From: Balanoglossus misakiensis | Lineage: Eukaryota; Animalia; Hemichordata | NCBI GenBank assembly: GCA_040954595.2 | Contig: CM082590.2 | Coordinates: forward strand, 10,814,088-10,878,087 | Direction of reading: 5' to 3' | DNA length: 64,000 nt | In this document: positions 1 to 13,490 of the stretch, piece after piece | Layout of the letters: each line of letters begins with the position of its first letter | How positions within the stretch are numbered: the first letter of the stretch is position 1 | Made by a program: the position numbers and the translations under genes | The notes under the pieces: generated by a model | What the model saw: only the letters and a program-made list of their open reading frames with translations | Told to the model about the DNA's origin: nothing | The model's database searches: none

Positions 1-275
1 ATTGACAGAATAATCCGTCTTGAAATCTGCCTCGATTTCATGGGGGGGGGGGGGGGGGGGGGTAGTCGCAGGGATACTGGTGGTGGTGGTGGTGGTAGGG
101 GGCTACTACCAAAATTGGAAGATTTTGTGGTGGTGCTGATGACAGTGGTGGTGGTCGTGTTGGTAATGGTGCTGGTGATGCATCAGCATCACCATCACCA
201 TCATGATCGCCATCACCATCATCAGCACCACCATAAGCACCCCCACCACCATCACCATCAGCATCCCCATGGTAG

Positions 276-2861
276 TCACCGTCGTTGCAAGTCGTCGTCA
301 CTGTCGCCTTCGCCGTCGCCGTTGTCGTCGTCTTCTTCCCCCCGGCTGTAAATAAAAAAAAAAATTATAGTAGCCCCAATAACTGCCATTTTACCTTTAA
401 GTGATAATGTACCACAATCTTTGTGGGGATTGTAATACCCATGTGCACATACCACAATAATTTGTATTCCTTCAACAGGTAGTTGTATAAATTGTTGCAA
501 CACTTGTTCTACAGAGTTTGACATTTTTGTGTATACCATCCACTTAATTAGCACATTTCAATGGGCCATTCAAGTGGAAAGTAATTTCATGAGAATAATT
601 CAAAAATGGTGCCTATTTAATGTGATCTAGAAACATAAACAGTGTGCACTGTAATGAAAATAAGTGATCAAGTCCCATATAAATTTATCCATTTTCCCAA
701 TCTAGTTTTGTGGAAAAGGACTTGCCAGATTTGCTATACATTAATTTCAGGGTATTGCACTCAATTTATGATGTATGAAATTACCCCATGCAATATTCCA
801 AATGATAACAAAACCTTAGATAAATTTCAAAGAATGAATCATATGTAAAATAATGCAATAAACATGCGAAATATATGAATGTGCCCATCATAATGAAGGT
901 TGCCAACCCCTTAGAATGATAGTCTACAGCCTACACATTGATCACCTGATTGCCCTGTCACAACTTGGCCAAGGGCTAAGGCCGCGATCTCGGGACACCC
1001 AGTTCAAATTTCTGGCCGTTTATCAGAATTTTAGGCGTCTGACCCTTTCCCTTTAGTGTAGCGCAGCCAGCGGTGGGATTGGGGCAGGGGACCATTCAGT
1101 ACTTTTATTGTTGCTTTGCAACTCATCAAAATACGGAAACATCTTTCAAATATGATGCGATATCAACCAAACTTCGTGTAATAACCTCTAAATATTCTCA
1201 AGCATAAAGTCTCCATTTTAAAATTATAGCTGGAAACTTACATTTTATATCGGTTTGGACATTTTCTGATAAATGCACACATGATGGTCGCCATGTCCCT
1301 CTTCGATAGGTTGTGGTGACCTGATACATGATTGAGAAAGAATGACATAATTAACAATATTAAAAGCAATAACATGTTTCTGACATTTGTCCAGGAAGGT
1401 TTTCATGATGGTTCTCAAATCCCCAATTTGGAGATTTCTTTGACCTGATACATGATTGAGAAAGCATGATATAAATAACAAAAAAATAAAGCAATATCCA
1501 TAGGATAACGAATAACGAATAATAATAAATCAATAAAAAGATTCTTTGTTTATCCATTGGATAAGTTTTTCCCAATGGGACAGTAGATATATCTTCACAA
1601 ATTCGGGACTGCGGCTCGGGCATCATCAATATTATGGTCAGAGATCACCATCCCTCGTGCAGGCCATAGATCATGATATTGCCCTAGCTAACATGTGTTA
1701 TTATTTAACTGTCAATCCCACAAGCATCGATCTACACATCATTGTCTACAGCAGTTAAATACATTTTAAAACAAAACTTACCAGCCGCATTTGGTGACAC
1801 AAAAAGTATCGCGGCTGGCCACCACCCCGGTGCCGGGCCGCTCCAAACAGCTCTGTCATGAGCTACATAATACAAACAGAAATAATTAGCATCATTTCAA
1901 GAAGAACATTAATGTAACAGATCCTTTCCAGTCAAGATTCATTTCCAAGCTGTTTCTGAGATTACCGCCCTCAATTGTTTATAAAGGTACACTTTTTATC
2001 CGAATATTATGGGACACCTTTATCCTTATAGCTTCATGGAAGCCATACAATAAATATACACATGTTGACGGTTGAGTTAAATCTGAGTCTCAGTAGTTTA
2101 ATCTGTCGAACCATCCAGGCGATATAACATACACACGAGTTACACATTTGATCAGCTTTGACTTTGTGCTACAGATCTTTACAATAAAACACACACAAGG
2201 ATTATGAGAAGATTTTTACATTTTTTGACCTAATAGACAAACTCCCATCTGCAGCCCAGCCTGCATCTACACACCAAAAATCTAGGTGGTGTGCCAACGG
2301 GTTTCCAAGTTTTTTATGTGGACATCCATCCATCCATCCATCCAGATTAAACCGATCCCTTAATACCAAATGGGCACTAATAACGGGAAACTTACCTGTT
2401 GGAGCGACGGCCTTGGGTATGAGCTGCCGCAGCTCTCTGACCGTGTAGTCATAGCTGTTTCTGCTGGGCAGCTCAATGATGTTATGATCTAAAGTCAACA
2501 ATATAAAAGTAGTTATTATTCTTTTGGGCAAATAATCAGTAAGCAAAGAACCATTCAATCATATTACAGGAAAACCATCGCATTTAAACTTAATCCAAGC
2601 ATATATCTGAAGAAGAACATTTCAATACAAGTACATACAAAAACACAATAATGTTAGCATTCAGAGAGACAGAGACAAAAAACAACTAAGAAATATTTAT
2701 ATTGTGACACTGCAGGTACCTTAAATTGGGCAAAACTCACTATACGAGACTGTTTTCTTGATCTTGTTTTCATCTAGGAACATGACGATTACCGACGGCT
2801 CATTGGCCAAATTGGCCAATGAGTCGACCTTTTTTTTTATGCTTTCAATTGTTCGTTTGAT
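276..2861 (-). CDS. NRF1/Ewg/P3A2-like DNA-binding protein, copy A (5' partial; exon 3 deleted; acidic tail truncated)
   Basis: GT-AG exons 2861-2741, 2488-2396, 1862-1782, 1320-1242 (alternative exon-6 variant from 1444) and 345-276 splice in one frame: IKRTIESIKKKVDSLANLANEPSVIVMFLDENKIK...IIELPSRNSYDYTVRELRQLIPKAVAPTAHDRAVWSGPAPGWWPAAILFVSPNAAGHHNLSKRDMATIMCAFIRKCPNRYKIRGEEDDD. A frameshift near 288 cuts off the Asp/Pro/His-rich tail, which continues in another frame to 38. No start exon found. Confidence 0.55.
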
Positions 2862-3074
2862 CTTTGAACAAAAAAATAGAAAAAATATGCATGATTCATC
2901 TGTTAATATCATAAAACGTAACTATGCCAAATACACATATGCAAGTCTTAGTAATAAGTAAATGCACCATGCCAAGATTCCCCGGCACAAACGCTGTAGG
3001 TTCGAAAACAGAAGATGCCTTACTTGGGGTGTGAACTGACTGCCACTCGATGTTTGATCCACAAATACCAGTGG

Positions 3075-3440
3075 GTCCTCACTCTCTCGTCCCTAATTCT
3101 TATCTTGGTGCAGTGGCCAGACATGGTCAAGACGGCTGGAGATAGGTCAGGATGAGGTGTGGTGGATGGTCAGCAGTGTCCTACGTGTCTCACTGTGCCT
3201 TGGTTGCGCTTCACGACGCTTCACTGGGTCCGCTGTCTTGTCCGTTGAACTGATTGGTTTCTTCGGTACAGTCAGGCGGGTCCAGTCTTTGCATGCGTAG
3301 GTATAGACAAGCCCTACAGTTACCTCCTGTCTTGTGGCACGCAACACACGACAGTGGAGACTCGTGGTGGCTGGGACGCCTAACCCCATCACAGGTCGAG
3401 AGACCTGCCCACTGCCCAAAAAGTTACAGCTTTACAAATT
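3075..3440. repeat. Dispersed ~360-bp repeat of unknown class, adjoining a MITE
   Basis: Near-identical copy at ~45095-45455; both copies are followed directly by the same MITE. No recognisable coding motif. Confidence 0.7.
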
Positions 3441-3762
3441 AAGTCTCTCTCTCTCACTGCCCTTTTCCATTAATTATGTTTGATACAAGACACTGTTTAT
3501 GTTATTCTACATGTGGATATCTAGTGAATCAACGATCGACCACACACAACACAGATATGAGATTAAGAATCTGGCCAAAATGAATAAACGGTAGAAAACA
3601 ATTATTTATTTGGCGAGTTTTTTCTGGGAAGTGGGACGGAAGTTGTGTGTGGTTGAAAATCCATTCACTACATATTCACATGTACATAAACATTAACAGT
3701 GTCTTGTATCAAACATAATTATATGGAAACGGGGCAGTGAGCGAGAGACTTTGTCTCTTTAA
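3440..3762. mobile_element. Kolobok-like MITE
   Basis: Long inverted termini (aagtctctctctcactgccc...tttgatacaagacactg and cagtgtcttgtatcaaac...gggcagtgagcgagagactttgtctctttaa). Family copies end in TTAA-AGGGAC, the RR terminus plus TTAA target typical of Kolobok. Other copies at 45456-45800, 36365-36430 and 47556-47640. Confidence 0.6.
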
Positions 3763-3974
3763 TGAGCAACACCCATGCTCATTAATTTGGCCAGTCAGTA
3801 CCTTTATGATGTCATTATCATAATTATGATCATGATGTCATAATCATGATCACAGGGACCAGAGTTTCTTTGGTCAGAGTCCTTTGATAGGCATCTGGTA
3901 AAATGTATAAGGGCAAATTGTTAAACGTAGTGTTGACCAAGTATGGACTTGGAGAGATATAGACTATACGGATA

Positions 3975-4155
3975 TACAGTGAAACCTGTCTAAACTGAAC
4001 ACCAAAGGGACTGAAATATTCTCCGCTTTGTAGAGGTGTCCGCTTTATAGAGGCTCTTTTAACAAGTGCTTCTATGTCAACGGGACAGGAAATATGTTCA
4101 GTATAGGCATGTTTCCAGATGAGACAGGGTTCGGTTTAGATAGTGTTTTACTGTA
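3975..4155. mobile_element. Tc1/mariner (pogo-like) MITE
   Basis: TA-flanked imperfect TIRs tacagtgaaacctgtcta...tagatagtgttttactgta; related copies at 46182-46356 and 51073-51233. Confidence 0.6.
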
Positions 4156-5171
4156 GTAATATGAGTCAAAGACAGTTATAAGTATAAGGAAACAGAAATG
4201 TTCAGAAAGGAGATTCAAAGTATAAATCTTACCAAACGGGTCAATATTGTCAACTGAAGTCTTTTTGCGATTGCCATAGCAGCAATATTCCACGGGCATT
4301 CGACCTAGCTGTAAAAATCTGGACATCTTTTCTAGTTTGGGAGGGGGGGGGGAGAGTCTGGAAGGAATGCCTAAAATAAGTCGAGTATTCTAATAGGTGA
4401 GAAATGTGTGCAAATTTGTACTTGGTCATGACACATCAGCTTTGTGTTGTTGAGCAGTGAAGAAGCTACCCACATATCTTGAAAATTATGTTTTATTTTA
4501 TTTATTTATTAGGAAAACCTATGGGATTTAGTCCCATTTATAGGTTCAAAAAATATCTCAAAAAACAAAACTACAACAGACAAATGCATACGCTATACAA
4601 AGAACAAGTCAAATAAAATGAAGGGATGTATATACAAAATATCCGAAGAAAATCAAGAAAAAACAAGAACTATGTGGGCCCTCTACCAAATATGGAATTT
4701 TTGATGTCGGGTTGAAACTGAGCTTGACTATAGAAGATGTCTATATTTGGATGAGAAAGTAGAAGTTCGTTTAAACTACTCTACTACTTCATGAGTGAGT
4801 ATAGACAGATAATATTTTATATAGTGACACGATTTCATGTTAAAAATAAAAAAGTTAGAAACATTTCAAACTTACATGAAACTCCAGCCAAGTACTTCGG
4901 CGTACGAGTCAATATAGTAAACCCAACTGGGCACGATGATGCGCATGGCAAAAAATAAAGTTTATACAACAACAAAAAAGTCACACAATGGAAATAATAT
5001 TCCTTCTCCTTATGAACATACCACATAGCAATTTAGAAATTACTTTTATCACAAAGTCTCTCATGAAGCGGCATATCCCTTTCTGACACTTACATATGTG
5101 TATTTGGAAATGTTGTTTGACGATATTAGAGATGAATCATGCATATTTTTTTCAGTTTTTATGGTTCAAAG

Positions 5172-6250
5172 ACAATGGATACAAGTAACCCAAAAGGTTT
5201 GTAGTGTTCTTATTAAGTGAAAGAATTCATGTGAACATTTCAAATATATTATTACTCATGGGCATGTCACCAAAACATTCTAAGAACGACACTTAAATAT
5301 ATAATAATTTTTTTGTGAACCATTATGTCATATCAATATCTCATTTTCCATATCCTTAGATCAAAAAATGGTTGGCTACGGGCAATGAGTCATCTGTGGT
5401 AGTATTATGTTTTAGTAACAAGAATAAAGTGCAATGGACCGGTAAGCAACTCTTACTAAATACTTTGATTTCATTTAGAAAAAAGAATATTGTCTCGTAC
5501 AGACACTGTTTTTTACACACACTTATTTTATGACTATGCATATTTATTTTCCAGCCTTAGAAGCACGCTTTTTAACAACAACAATTTGAAATTGTTTAAC
5601 ATTTTTCAAATGCAGGTGCCGGCATATGAAGGCCTTCGCAACCAACATCAATGTAATTAAAGCCTTCAGAAAAACTGCCTTGGGGAAAAAAATTGAGTTA
5701 GTTTTGCCCATTTTAAATTGACTGCAGTGTCACATTGTTACGAAGAATAAAAGAGTTATTTGAAAAGATATTTAAACGTGCATATTTACAGGGATGCTTA
5801 CTAACACTTACATATGTGTAATTGGAAATGTTATGTTTGATGATATTAAAAGATGAATCATGCATATTTTTTTCTATTTTTTTGTTCAAAGATCAAACGA
5901 ACAATTGAAAGCCTAAGAGAAAAGGTAACCTCATTGGCCAATGGGCCGTCGGTGGTTGTCATGTTCCTAGATGGAAACAAGATCAAGTGGAGTGGTAACT
6001 ATTATTAAATATATTATGATTTCATTTAAGGAGAGAAAATTGTCCCGTATAAACACTGTTTTTTTTACACACACTTATTTTACGACTGTGCATATTAAAT
6101 GTCCAGCCTTCGAAGCACGCTTTTTAACAACAATTTGAAATTGTTAAACATTTTTCAAATGCAGGTGCCGGCATATGAAGGCCTTCGCAACCAACATCAA
6201 TGTAATTAAGGCCTTCAGAAAATCTGCCTTGGGGGGAAAAAAATTGGGTG
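5172..6250 (+). pseudogene. Degenerate NRF1-like exon 1-3 fragments (two sets)
   Basis: An exon-2 homolog at ~5360-5441 (IKKWLATGNESSVVVLCFSNKNKVQWT) is intact. Both exon-3 homologs (~5616 and ~6166) have a 1-nt deletion (GCC GGC ATA TGA) and damaged donors. Confidence 0.6.
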
Positions 6251-6291
6251 AAATATTTTTTTGTTTTAGCACCACCTGTTGGCCGTTTCCT

Positions 6292-8298
6292 TTTGGTACA
6301 AAATAGACCTGGGATGCTTACTAACACTTACATATGTGTATTTGGCATAGTTATGTTTTATGATATTAACAGATGAATCATGCATATTTTTTCTATTTTT
6401 TGTTCAAAGATTCAAAGAAGAATTGAGAGTCTTAGAAGAAAGGTACAGGCATTGGCCAATTTGGCCAATGGGCCGTCGGTGGTCGTCATGTTCCTAGATG
6501 GAAACAAGATCAAGTTTGGTACAAAATAAACCTGGGATGCTTACTAACACTTACATATGTGTATTTGGCATAGTTATGTTTTATGATATTAACAGATGAA
6601 TCATGCATATTTTTTCTATTTTTTGTTCAAAGATTAAAAGAAAACTAAATTCCATTCGGAGGAAGGTCGACTCATTGGTCAATTTGGCCAATGGGCCGTC
6701 GGTGGTCGTCATGTTCCTAGATGGAAACAAGATCAAGTTTGGTACAAAATAAACCTGGGATGCTTACTAACACTTACATATGTGTATTTGGCATAGTTAT
6801 GTTTTATGATATTAACAGATGAATCATGCATATTTTTTCTATTTTTTGTTCAAAGATTAAAAGAAAACTAAATTCCATTCGGAGGAAGGTCGACTCATTG
6901 GTCAATTTGGCCAATGGGCCGTCGGTGGTCGTCATGTTCCTAGATGGAAACAAGATCAAGTTTGGTACAAAATAGACCTGGGATGCTTACTAACACTTAC
7001 ATATGTGTATTTGGCATAGTTATGTTTTATGATATTAACAGATGAATCATGCATATTTTTTCTATTTTTTGTTCAAAGATTAAAAGAAAACTAAATTCCA
7101 TTCGGAGGAAGGTCGACTCATTGGTCAATTTGGCCAATGGGCCGTCGGTGGTCGTCATGTTCCTAGATGGAAACAAGATCAAGTTTGGTACAAAATAGAC
7201 CTGGGATGCTTACTAACACTTACATATGTGTATTTGGCATAGTTATGTTTTATGATATTAACAGATGAATCATGCATATTTTTTCTATTTTTTGTTCAAA
7301 GATTAAAAGAAAACTAAATTCCATTCGGAGGAAGGTCGACTCATTGGTCAATTTGGCCAATGGGCCGTCGGTGGTCGTCATGTTCCTAGATGGAAACAAG
7401 ATCAAGTTTGGTACAAAATAAACCTGGGATGCTTACTAACACTTACATATGTGTATTTGGCATAGTTATGTTTTATGATATTAACAGATGAATCATGCAT
7501 ATTTTTTCTATTTTTTGTTCAAAGATTAAAAGAAAACTAAATTCCATTCGGAGGAAGGTCGACTCATTGGTCAATTTGGCCAATGGGCCGTCGGTGGTCG
7601 TCATGTTCCTAGATGGAAACAAGATCAAGTTTGGTACAAAATAAACCTGGGATGCTTACTAACACTTACATATGTGTATTTGGCATAGTTATGTTTTCTG
7701 ATATTAACAGATGAATCATGCATATTTTTTCTATTTTTTGTTCAAAGATTAAAAGAAAACTAAATTCCATTCGGAGGAAGGTCGACTCATTGGTCAATTT
7801 GGCCAATGGGCCGTCGGTGGTCGTCATGTTCCTAGATGGAAACAAGATCAAGTTTGGTACAAAATAGACCTGGGATGCTTACTAACACTTACATATGTGT
7901 ATTTGGCATAGTTATGTTTTATGATATTAACAGATGAATCATGCATATTTTTTCTATTTTTTGTTCAAAGATTAAAAGAAAACTAAATTCCATTCGGAGG
8001 AAGGTCGACTCATTGGTCAATTTGGCCAATGGGCCGTCGGTGGTCGTCATGTTCCTAGATGGAAACAAGATCAAGTTTGGTACAAAATAGACCTGGGATG
8101 CTTACTAACACTTACATATGTGTATTTGGCATAGTTATGTTTTATGATATTAACAGATGAATCATGCATATTTTTTCTATTTTTTGTTCAAAGATTAAAA
8201 GAAGAATTGAAAGTCTTAGAAGAAAGGTACAGGCATTGGCCAATTTGGCCAATGAGCCGTCGGTGGTCGTCATGTTCCTAGATGGAAACAAGATCAAG
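6292..8298 (+). repeat. 223-bp tandem repeat, 9 units, each carrying a fused exon 1+2 of the NRF1-like gene
   Basis: The anchor tttggtacaaaata occurs at 6292, 6515, 6738, 6961, 7184, 7407, 7630, 7853 and 8076. Each unit has an acceptor (tttgttcaaag) followed by IKRKLNSIRRKVDSLVNLANGPSVVVMFLDGNKIK; the first and last units carry an I[QK]RRIESLRRKVQALANL variant. Confidence 0.9.
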
Positions 8299-8384
8299 TG
8301 GAGTGGTAACTATTATTTACATCTGTGGAGAAGCTGCTGCTGATGCCGATGATGATGATAGTGATGCTGATGCATCACCAGCAC

Positions 8385-9150
8385 CATTACCAACACGACC
8401 ACCACCACTGTCATCAGCACCACCACAAAATCTTCCAATTTTGGTAGTAGGCCCCTACCACCACCACCACCAGCATCCCCACTATGACTACAACTACTGG
8501 CCCCCATGAGTGTTGTATTGGTGAGTGACTATATGGGCGATTTTGTTAATCATTTTATTTACAGCCGTGATGATGATGATGATTACCAACACGACCACCA
8601 CCACTGTCATCAGCACCACCACAAAATCTTCCAATTTTGGTAGTAGGCCCCTACCACCACCACCACCAGCATCCCCACTATGACTACAACTACTGGCCCC
8701 CATGAGTGTTGTATTGGTGAGTGACTATATGGGCGATTTTGTTAATCATTTTATTTACAGCCGTGATGATGATGATGATTACCAACACGACCACCACCAC
8801 TGTCATCAGCACCACCACAAAATCTTCCAATTTTGGAAGTAGGCCCCTACCACCACCACCACCAGCATCCCCACTATGACTACAACTACTGGCCCCCATG
8901 AGTGTTGTATTGGTGAGTGACTATATGGGCGATTTTGTTAATCATTTTATTTACAGCCGTGATGATGATGATGATTACCAACACGACCACCACCACTGTC
9001 ATCAGCACCACCACAAAATCTTCCAATTTTGGAAGTAGGCCCCTACCACCACCACCACCAGCATCCCCACTACGACTACGACTGGCCCCCATGAGTGTCA
9101 AATTTGTATTGGTGAGTGACTATATGGGCGATTTTGTTAATCATTTCATT
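8385..9150 (+). repeat. 196-bp tandem repeat, ~4 units, derived from the 3' part of the terminal exon
   Basis: A 196-bp period is visible in the sequence and in the ORF starts at 8494/8690/8886. The unit matches the PLPTRPPPLSSAPPQNLPILVV tail also seen on the minus strand at 38-190. Confidence 0.85.
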
Positions 9151-9428
9151 GTTGTTGTTTTTTAAATGGATTGCAACATTATTGAATGTTTTCGGCGTGG
9201 GGGGGGGGGGTCATCATATTTTTGGGTCTGTCAAAGGGGGGGGGGTTCAACATATTTTGGTCCTGGGTGAATGGGAGGTCGGCCTGATTTTGAAAACTGA
9301 TGACACAAACTCCCCCCCCCCCACCACCCCCCGGCCGTAAAAACTGAATGGTCCCTTAATACTGGGATGCTTACTTACACGTGTGTATTTGAATCTTGCA
9401 AATTTTTTTCTATTTTCTTTGTTCAAAG

Positions 9429-12400
9429 ATCAAAAGTAAAATTAGAGAGATACGACGCAAGGTTTGTAGTGTTCTTATTAAGTGAAAGAATTCATGTGAA
9501 CATTTCAAATATATTGTTACTCATTTGCATGTCACCAAAACATTCTGTGTATTGAATGTAAAAGTACAACTGCCTAAATATAAGCAAGAACGACACTTAA
9601 ATATATAATAATTTTTGTGAGACATAATCTCATATCAATATATCATTTTCCATATCATTAGGTCGACTCGTTGGCCAAAATGGCCAATGGGCCAGCGGTG
9701 GTCGTCATGTTCCTAGTTGGAAAAAACATCAAGTGGAGTGGTAACTATTATTAAATATATTATTATTTCGTTTAAGAAAAGAAAAGTCTCGTATAGACAC
9801 TGTTTTTTACACACACTTATTTTATGACCGCATATTTATATTCCAGCCTTAGAAGCACGCCTTTTAACAACTAAAATTTGAAATAGTTTAACATTTTTCA
9901 AATGCAGGTGCCGGGCGTCTGAAGGCCTTCGCGACCAACACCAATGTGATTAAGGCCTTCAGAAGAGCGGCCTTGGGAAAAAAAAGTGAGTTAGTTTTGC
10001 CCAATTTAATGTGACTGCAGTGTCACAATATAAATATTTCTTAGTTGTTTTTTGTCTCTGTCTCTCTGAATGCTAACTTCATTGTGTTTTTGTATGTACT
10101 TGTATTGAATTGTTCTTCTGAAGATATATGCTTGGATTAAGTTTAAATGCGATGGTTTTCCTGTAATATGATTGAATGGTTCTTTGCTTACTGATTATTT
10201 GCCCTAAAGAATAATAACTACTTTTATATTGTTGACTTTGAATTCAGGTAACATCATTGAGCTGCCCAGCAGGGATTACATCGACTATTCTGTAAGGGAG
10301 CTGCGGCAGCTCATCCCCAAGGCCGTCGCTCCAACAGGTAAGTTTCCCGTTTTTAGTGCCCATTTGGTATTAAGGGATCAGTTTAATCTGGATGGATGGA
10401 TGGATGTCTGTCCACATAAAAAACTTTGAAACACGTTGGCACACCACCTTGATATTTGGTGTGTAGATGCAGGCTGGGCTGCAGATGAGAGTTTGTGTAT
10501 TAGGTCGAGAAAATGTAAAACTCTTCTCATAATCCTTGTGTGTGTTTTATTGTAAAGACATGTAGCACAAAGACAAAGCTGTCCAAATGTGTAACTCGTA
10601 CGTTAAGTGTATACCAAGAATCTCAGAAACAGCTTGGAAATGAATCTTGCCTGGAAAGGATCTGTTACATTCATGTTATTATTGACATTATTCTAATTAT
10701 TTCTTTATGTAGGCAGAGCTGTTTGGAGCGGTCCGGCACCCAACTGGTGGCCAGCCGCGATACCTTTTGTGTCACCAAACGCGACTGGTAAGTTAATTTT
10801 GTTTTAAAATGAATTCAACTGCTGTCAACAATGATGTGTAGATCGACACTTTTGGGATTGACAGTTAAATAATAACATCTGTTATCTGTCTGCATTTATG
10901 TATGTACGGTAGTCACATGACCTGGTAGGAAAATTGAATTTTCTGAAAATCTTGAAATGGCTTCTCAAAAATTCCAAGTTGAAATTTTGTGCCTGGAAAG
11001 TATGGTCTATACTCTTTTAAATGGTTGGCAGCAATATTGAACTAATTCCTAATTACAAATGTTTATACCGTGCATTTCTTCTCAGTCACCAGTTTCTTAG
11101 TTACTATGTTTGTTTAATTGATCAATACATATTTGTGAAGATATTATCTACTGTCCCATTGGGGAAAATGTATCCAATGGATAAACAAAGAATCTTTTTA
11201 TTGATTTATTATTATTCATTATTTATAGCATTCTTTCTTAATCATGTATCAGGTCAAGAAAATCTCCAAATTGGGGATTTGAGAACCATCATGAAAACCT
11301 TCCTGGACAAATGTCAGAAACATGTTATTGCTTTTAATATTGTTATTTATGTCATTCTTTCTCAATCATGTATCAGGTCGCCACCACTTTAAAAAATGGG
11401 AACTGGCGACCATCATGGAAGCATTTTTGGACAAATGTCCAAATAAATACAGGATGTAAGTTTTCCAGCTATAATTTTAAAATGGATACTTTATGCTTGA
11501 GAATATTTATGGCTTATTACACGAACTTTGGTCGATATCGCATCATATTTGAAAGATGTTTCCGTATTTTGATGATTTGCAAAGCAACAATAAAAGTACT
11601 GAATGGTCCCCTGCCCCAATCCCACCGCTGGCTGCGCTACACTAAAGGGAAAGGGTCAGACGCCTAAAATTCTGATAAAATTTGAACTGGGTGTCCTGAG
11701 ATCGCGGCCTTAGCCCTTAGCCAAGTTGTGACAGGGCGATGCAATCAGGTGATCAATGTGTAGGCTGTAGACTATCATGCTAAGGGGTTGGCAGCTTTCA
11801 TTATGATGGGCACATTCACATATTTTGCATGTTTATTGCATTATTTTACATAAGATTCATTCTTTGAAATTTATCTAAGTTTTTGTTATCATTTGGAATA
11901 TTGCATGGAGTTAATTTCATACATCATAAATTGAGTGCAACACCCTGAAATTAATGCATAGCAAATCTGGCAAGTCCTTTTCCACAAAACTAGATTGGGA
12001 AAATGGATAAATTTATATGGGACTTGATCACTTATTTTCATTACAGTACACACTGTTTATGTTTCTAGATCACATTAAAGAGGCACCATTTTTGAATTAT
12101 TCTCATGACATTACTTTTCACTTGAATGGCCGATTGAAATGTGCTAATTAAGTGGATGGTATACACAAAAATGTCAAACTCTGTTTGTAGAACAAGTGTT
12201 GCAACAATTTATACAACTACCTGTTGAAGGAATACAAATTATTGTGGTATGTGCACATGGGTATTACAATCCCCACAAAGATTGTTGGTATATTATCACT
12301 TAAAGGTAAAATGGCAGTTACTGGGTCTACTATAATTTTTTTTTTTATTTACAGCCGGGGGGAAGGGGATGACGACGATGATGATGACAATGATGACTAC

Positions 12401-12604
12401 GACGATGAAGATGATGATGAAGATGATGGCAGTGGCGGTGGTGGTGACGACGACGACGGCGACGCCGAACCGGAACCCGAACCGGAACCGGAAACGGAGG
12501 AAACGGAACCGGAACCGGAGGAACCGGAGGCGGAACCGGAGGAACCGGAACCGGAGGAACCGGAACCGGAGGAACCGGAACCGGAACCGGAACCAGAACC
12601 ATAA
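9429..12604 (+). CDS. NRF1/Ewg/P3A2-like DNA-binding protein with acidic tail, copy B (best preserved; 5' partial)
   Basis: Seven GT-AG exons (9429-9461, 9662-9740, 9908-9985, 10248-10337, 10713-10787, 11377-11455, 12355-12604) have compatible phases and no internal stop: IKSKIREIRRKVDSLAKMANGPAVVVMFLVGKNIKWSGAGRLKAFATNTNVIKAFRRAALGKKSNIIELPSRDYIDYSVRELRQLIPKAVAPTGRAVWSGPAPNWWPAAIPFVSPNATGRHHFKKWELATIMEAFLDKCPNKYRIRGEGDDDD...(EP)n*. An alternative exon 6 at 11253 (GQENLQIGDLRTIMKTFLDKC) reads to a stop at 11392. Start exon not found. Confidence 0.65.
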
Positions 12605-13459
12605 CCATAACCATAACCATAACCATAACCAGAACCATAACCATAACCATAACCATAACCAGACCCAGAACCAGAACCATAACCATAACCAGAACCAGAA
12701 CCAGAACCCGAAGGCGACGACGGCGACGATGGGGATGCTGATGGTGATGGTGGTGGGAGTGCTTATGGTGGTGCTGATGATGGAGATGGCGATCATGTTG
12801 GTGATGGTGATGAAGATGCATAACCAGCACCATTACCAACACGACCACACGACACGGGGGGAAGAAGAAGAAGACTACGCCGACGAAGACTTCGAAGACG
12901 ACGACGACGACGAAGACTACGCCGGCGAAGGCGTCAGTGACGACGACGGCGACGACGACCATGGGGATGCTGATGGTGATGGTGGTGGGGGTGCTTATGG
13001 TGGTGCTGATGATGGTGATGGCGATCATGATGGTGATGGTGATGGTCCTTTTCCACAAAACTAGATTGGGAAAATGGATAAATTTATATGGGACTTGATC
13101 ACTTATTTTCATTACAGTGCACACTGTTTATGTTTCTAGATCACATTAAATAGGCACCATTTTTGAATTATTCTCATGAAATTACTTTCCACTTGAATGG
13201 CCCATTGAAATGTGCTAATTAAGTGGATGGTATACACAAAAATGTCAAACTCTGTAGAACAAGTGTTGCAACAATTTATACAACTACCTGTTGAAGGAAT
13301 ACAAATTATTGTGGTATGTGCACATGGGTTTTACAATCCCCATAGAGATCGTGGTATATTATCACTTAAAGGTAAAATGGCAATTATTGGGGCTACTAGA
13401 ATTTTTTTTTTATTTACAGACGGGGGGAAGACGATGACAAAGACGAACCAGAACCAGAA

Positions 13460-13490
<31 letters not shown>

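Noticed and set aside
6292-8298. Possible CRISPR array or multi-exon repeat protein
   Set aside because: Units are near-identical with no spacers. Each exon would start in phase 0 and end in phase 1, so they cannot be chained in frame.
11021-11250. Recurrent ORF MVGSNIELIPNYKCLY... found in several copies
   Set aside because: It is intron 5 of the NRF1-like genes; its recurrence reflects duplication, not coding constraint.
12595-12680. (TAACCA)n as an interstitial telomeric repeat
   Set aside because: It is not TTAGGG or TTAGG and clearly derives from the adjacent GAACCA/GAACCG coding repeat.
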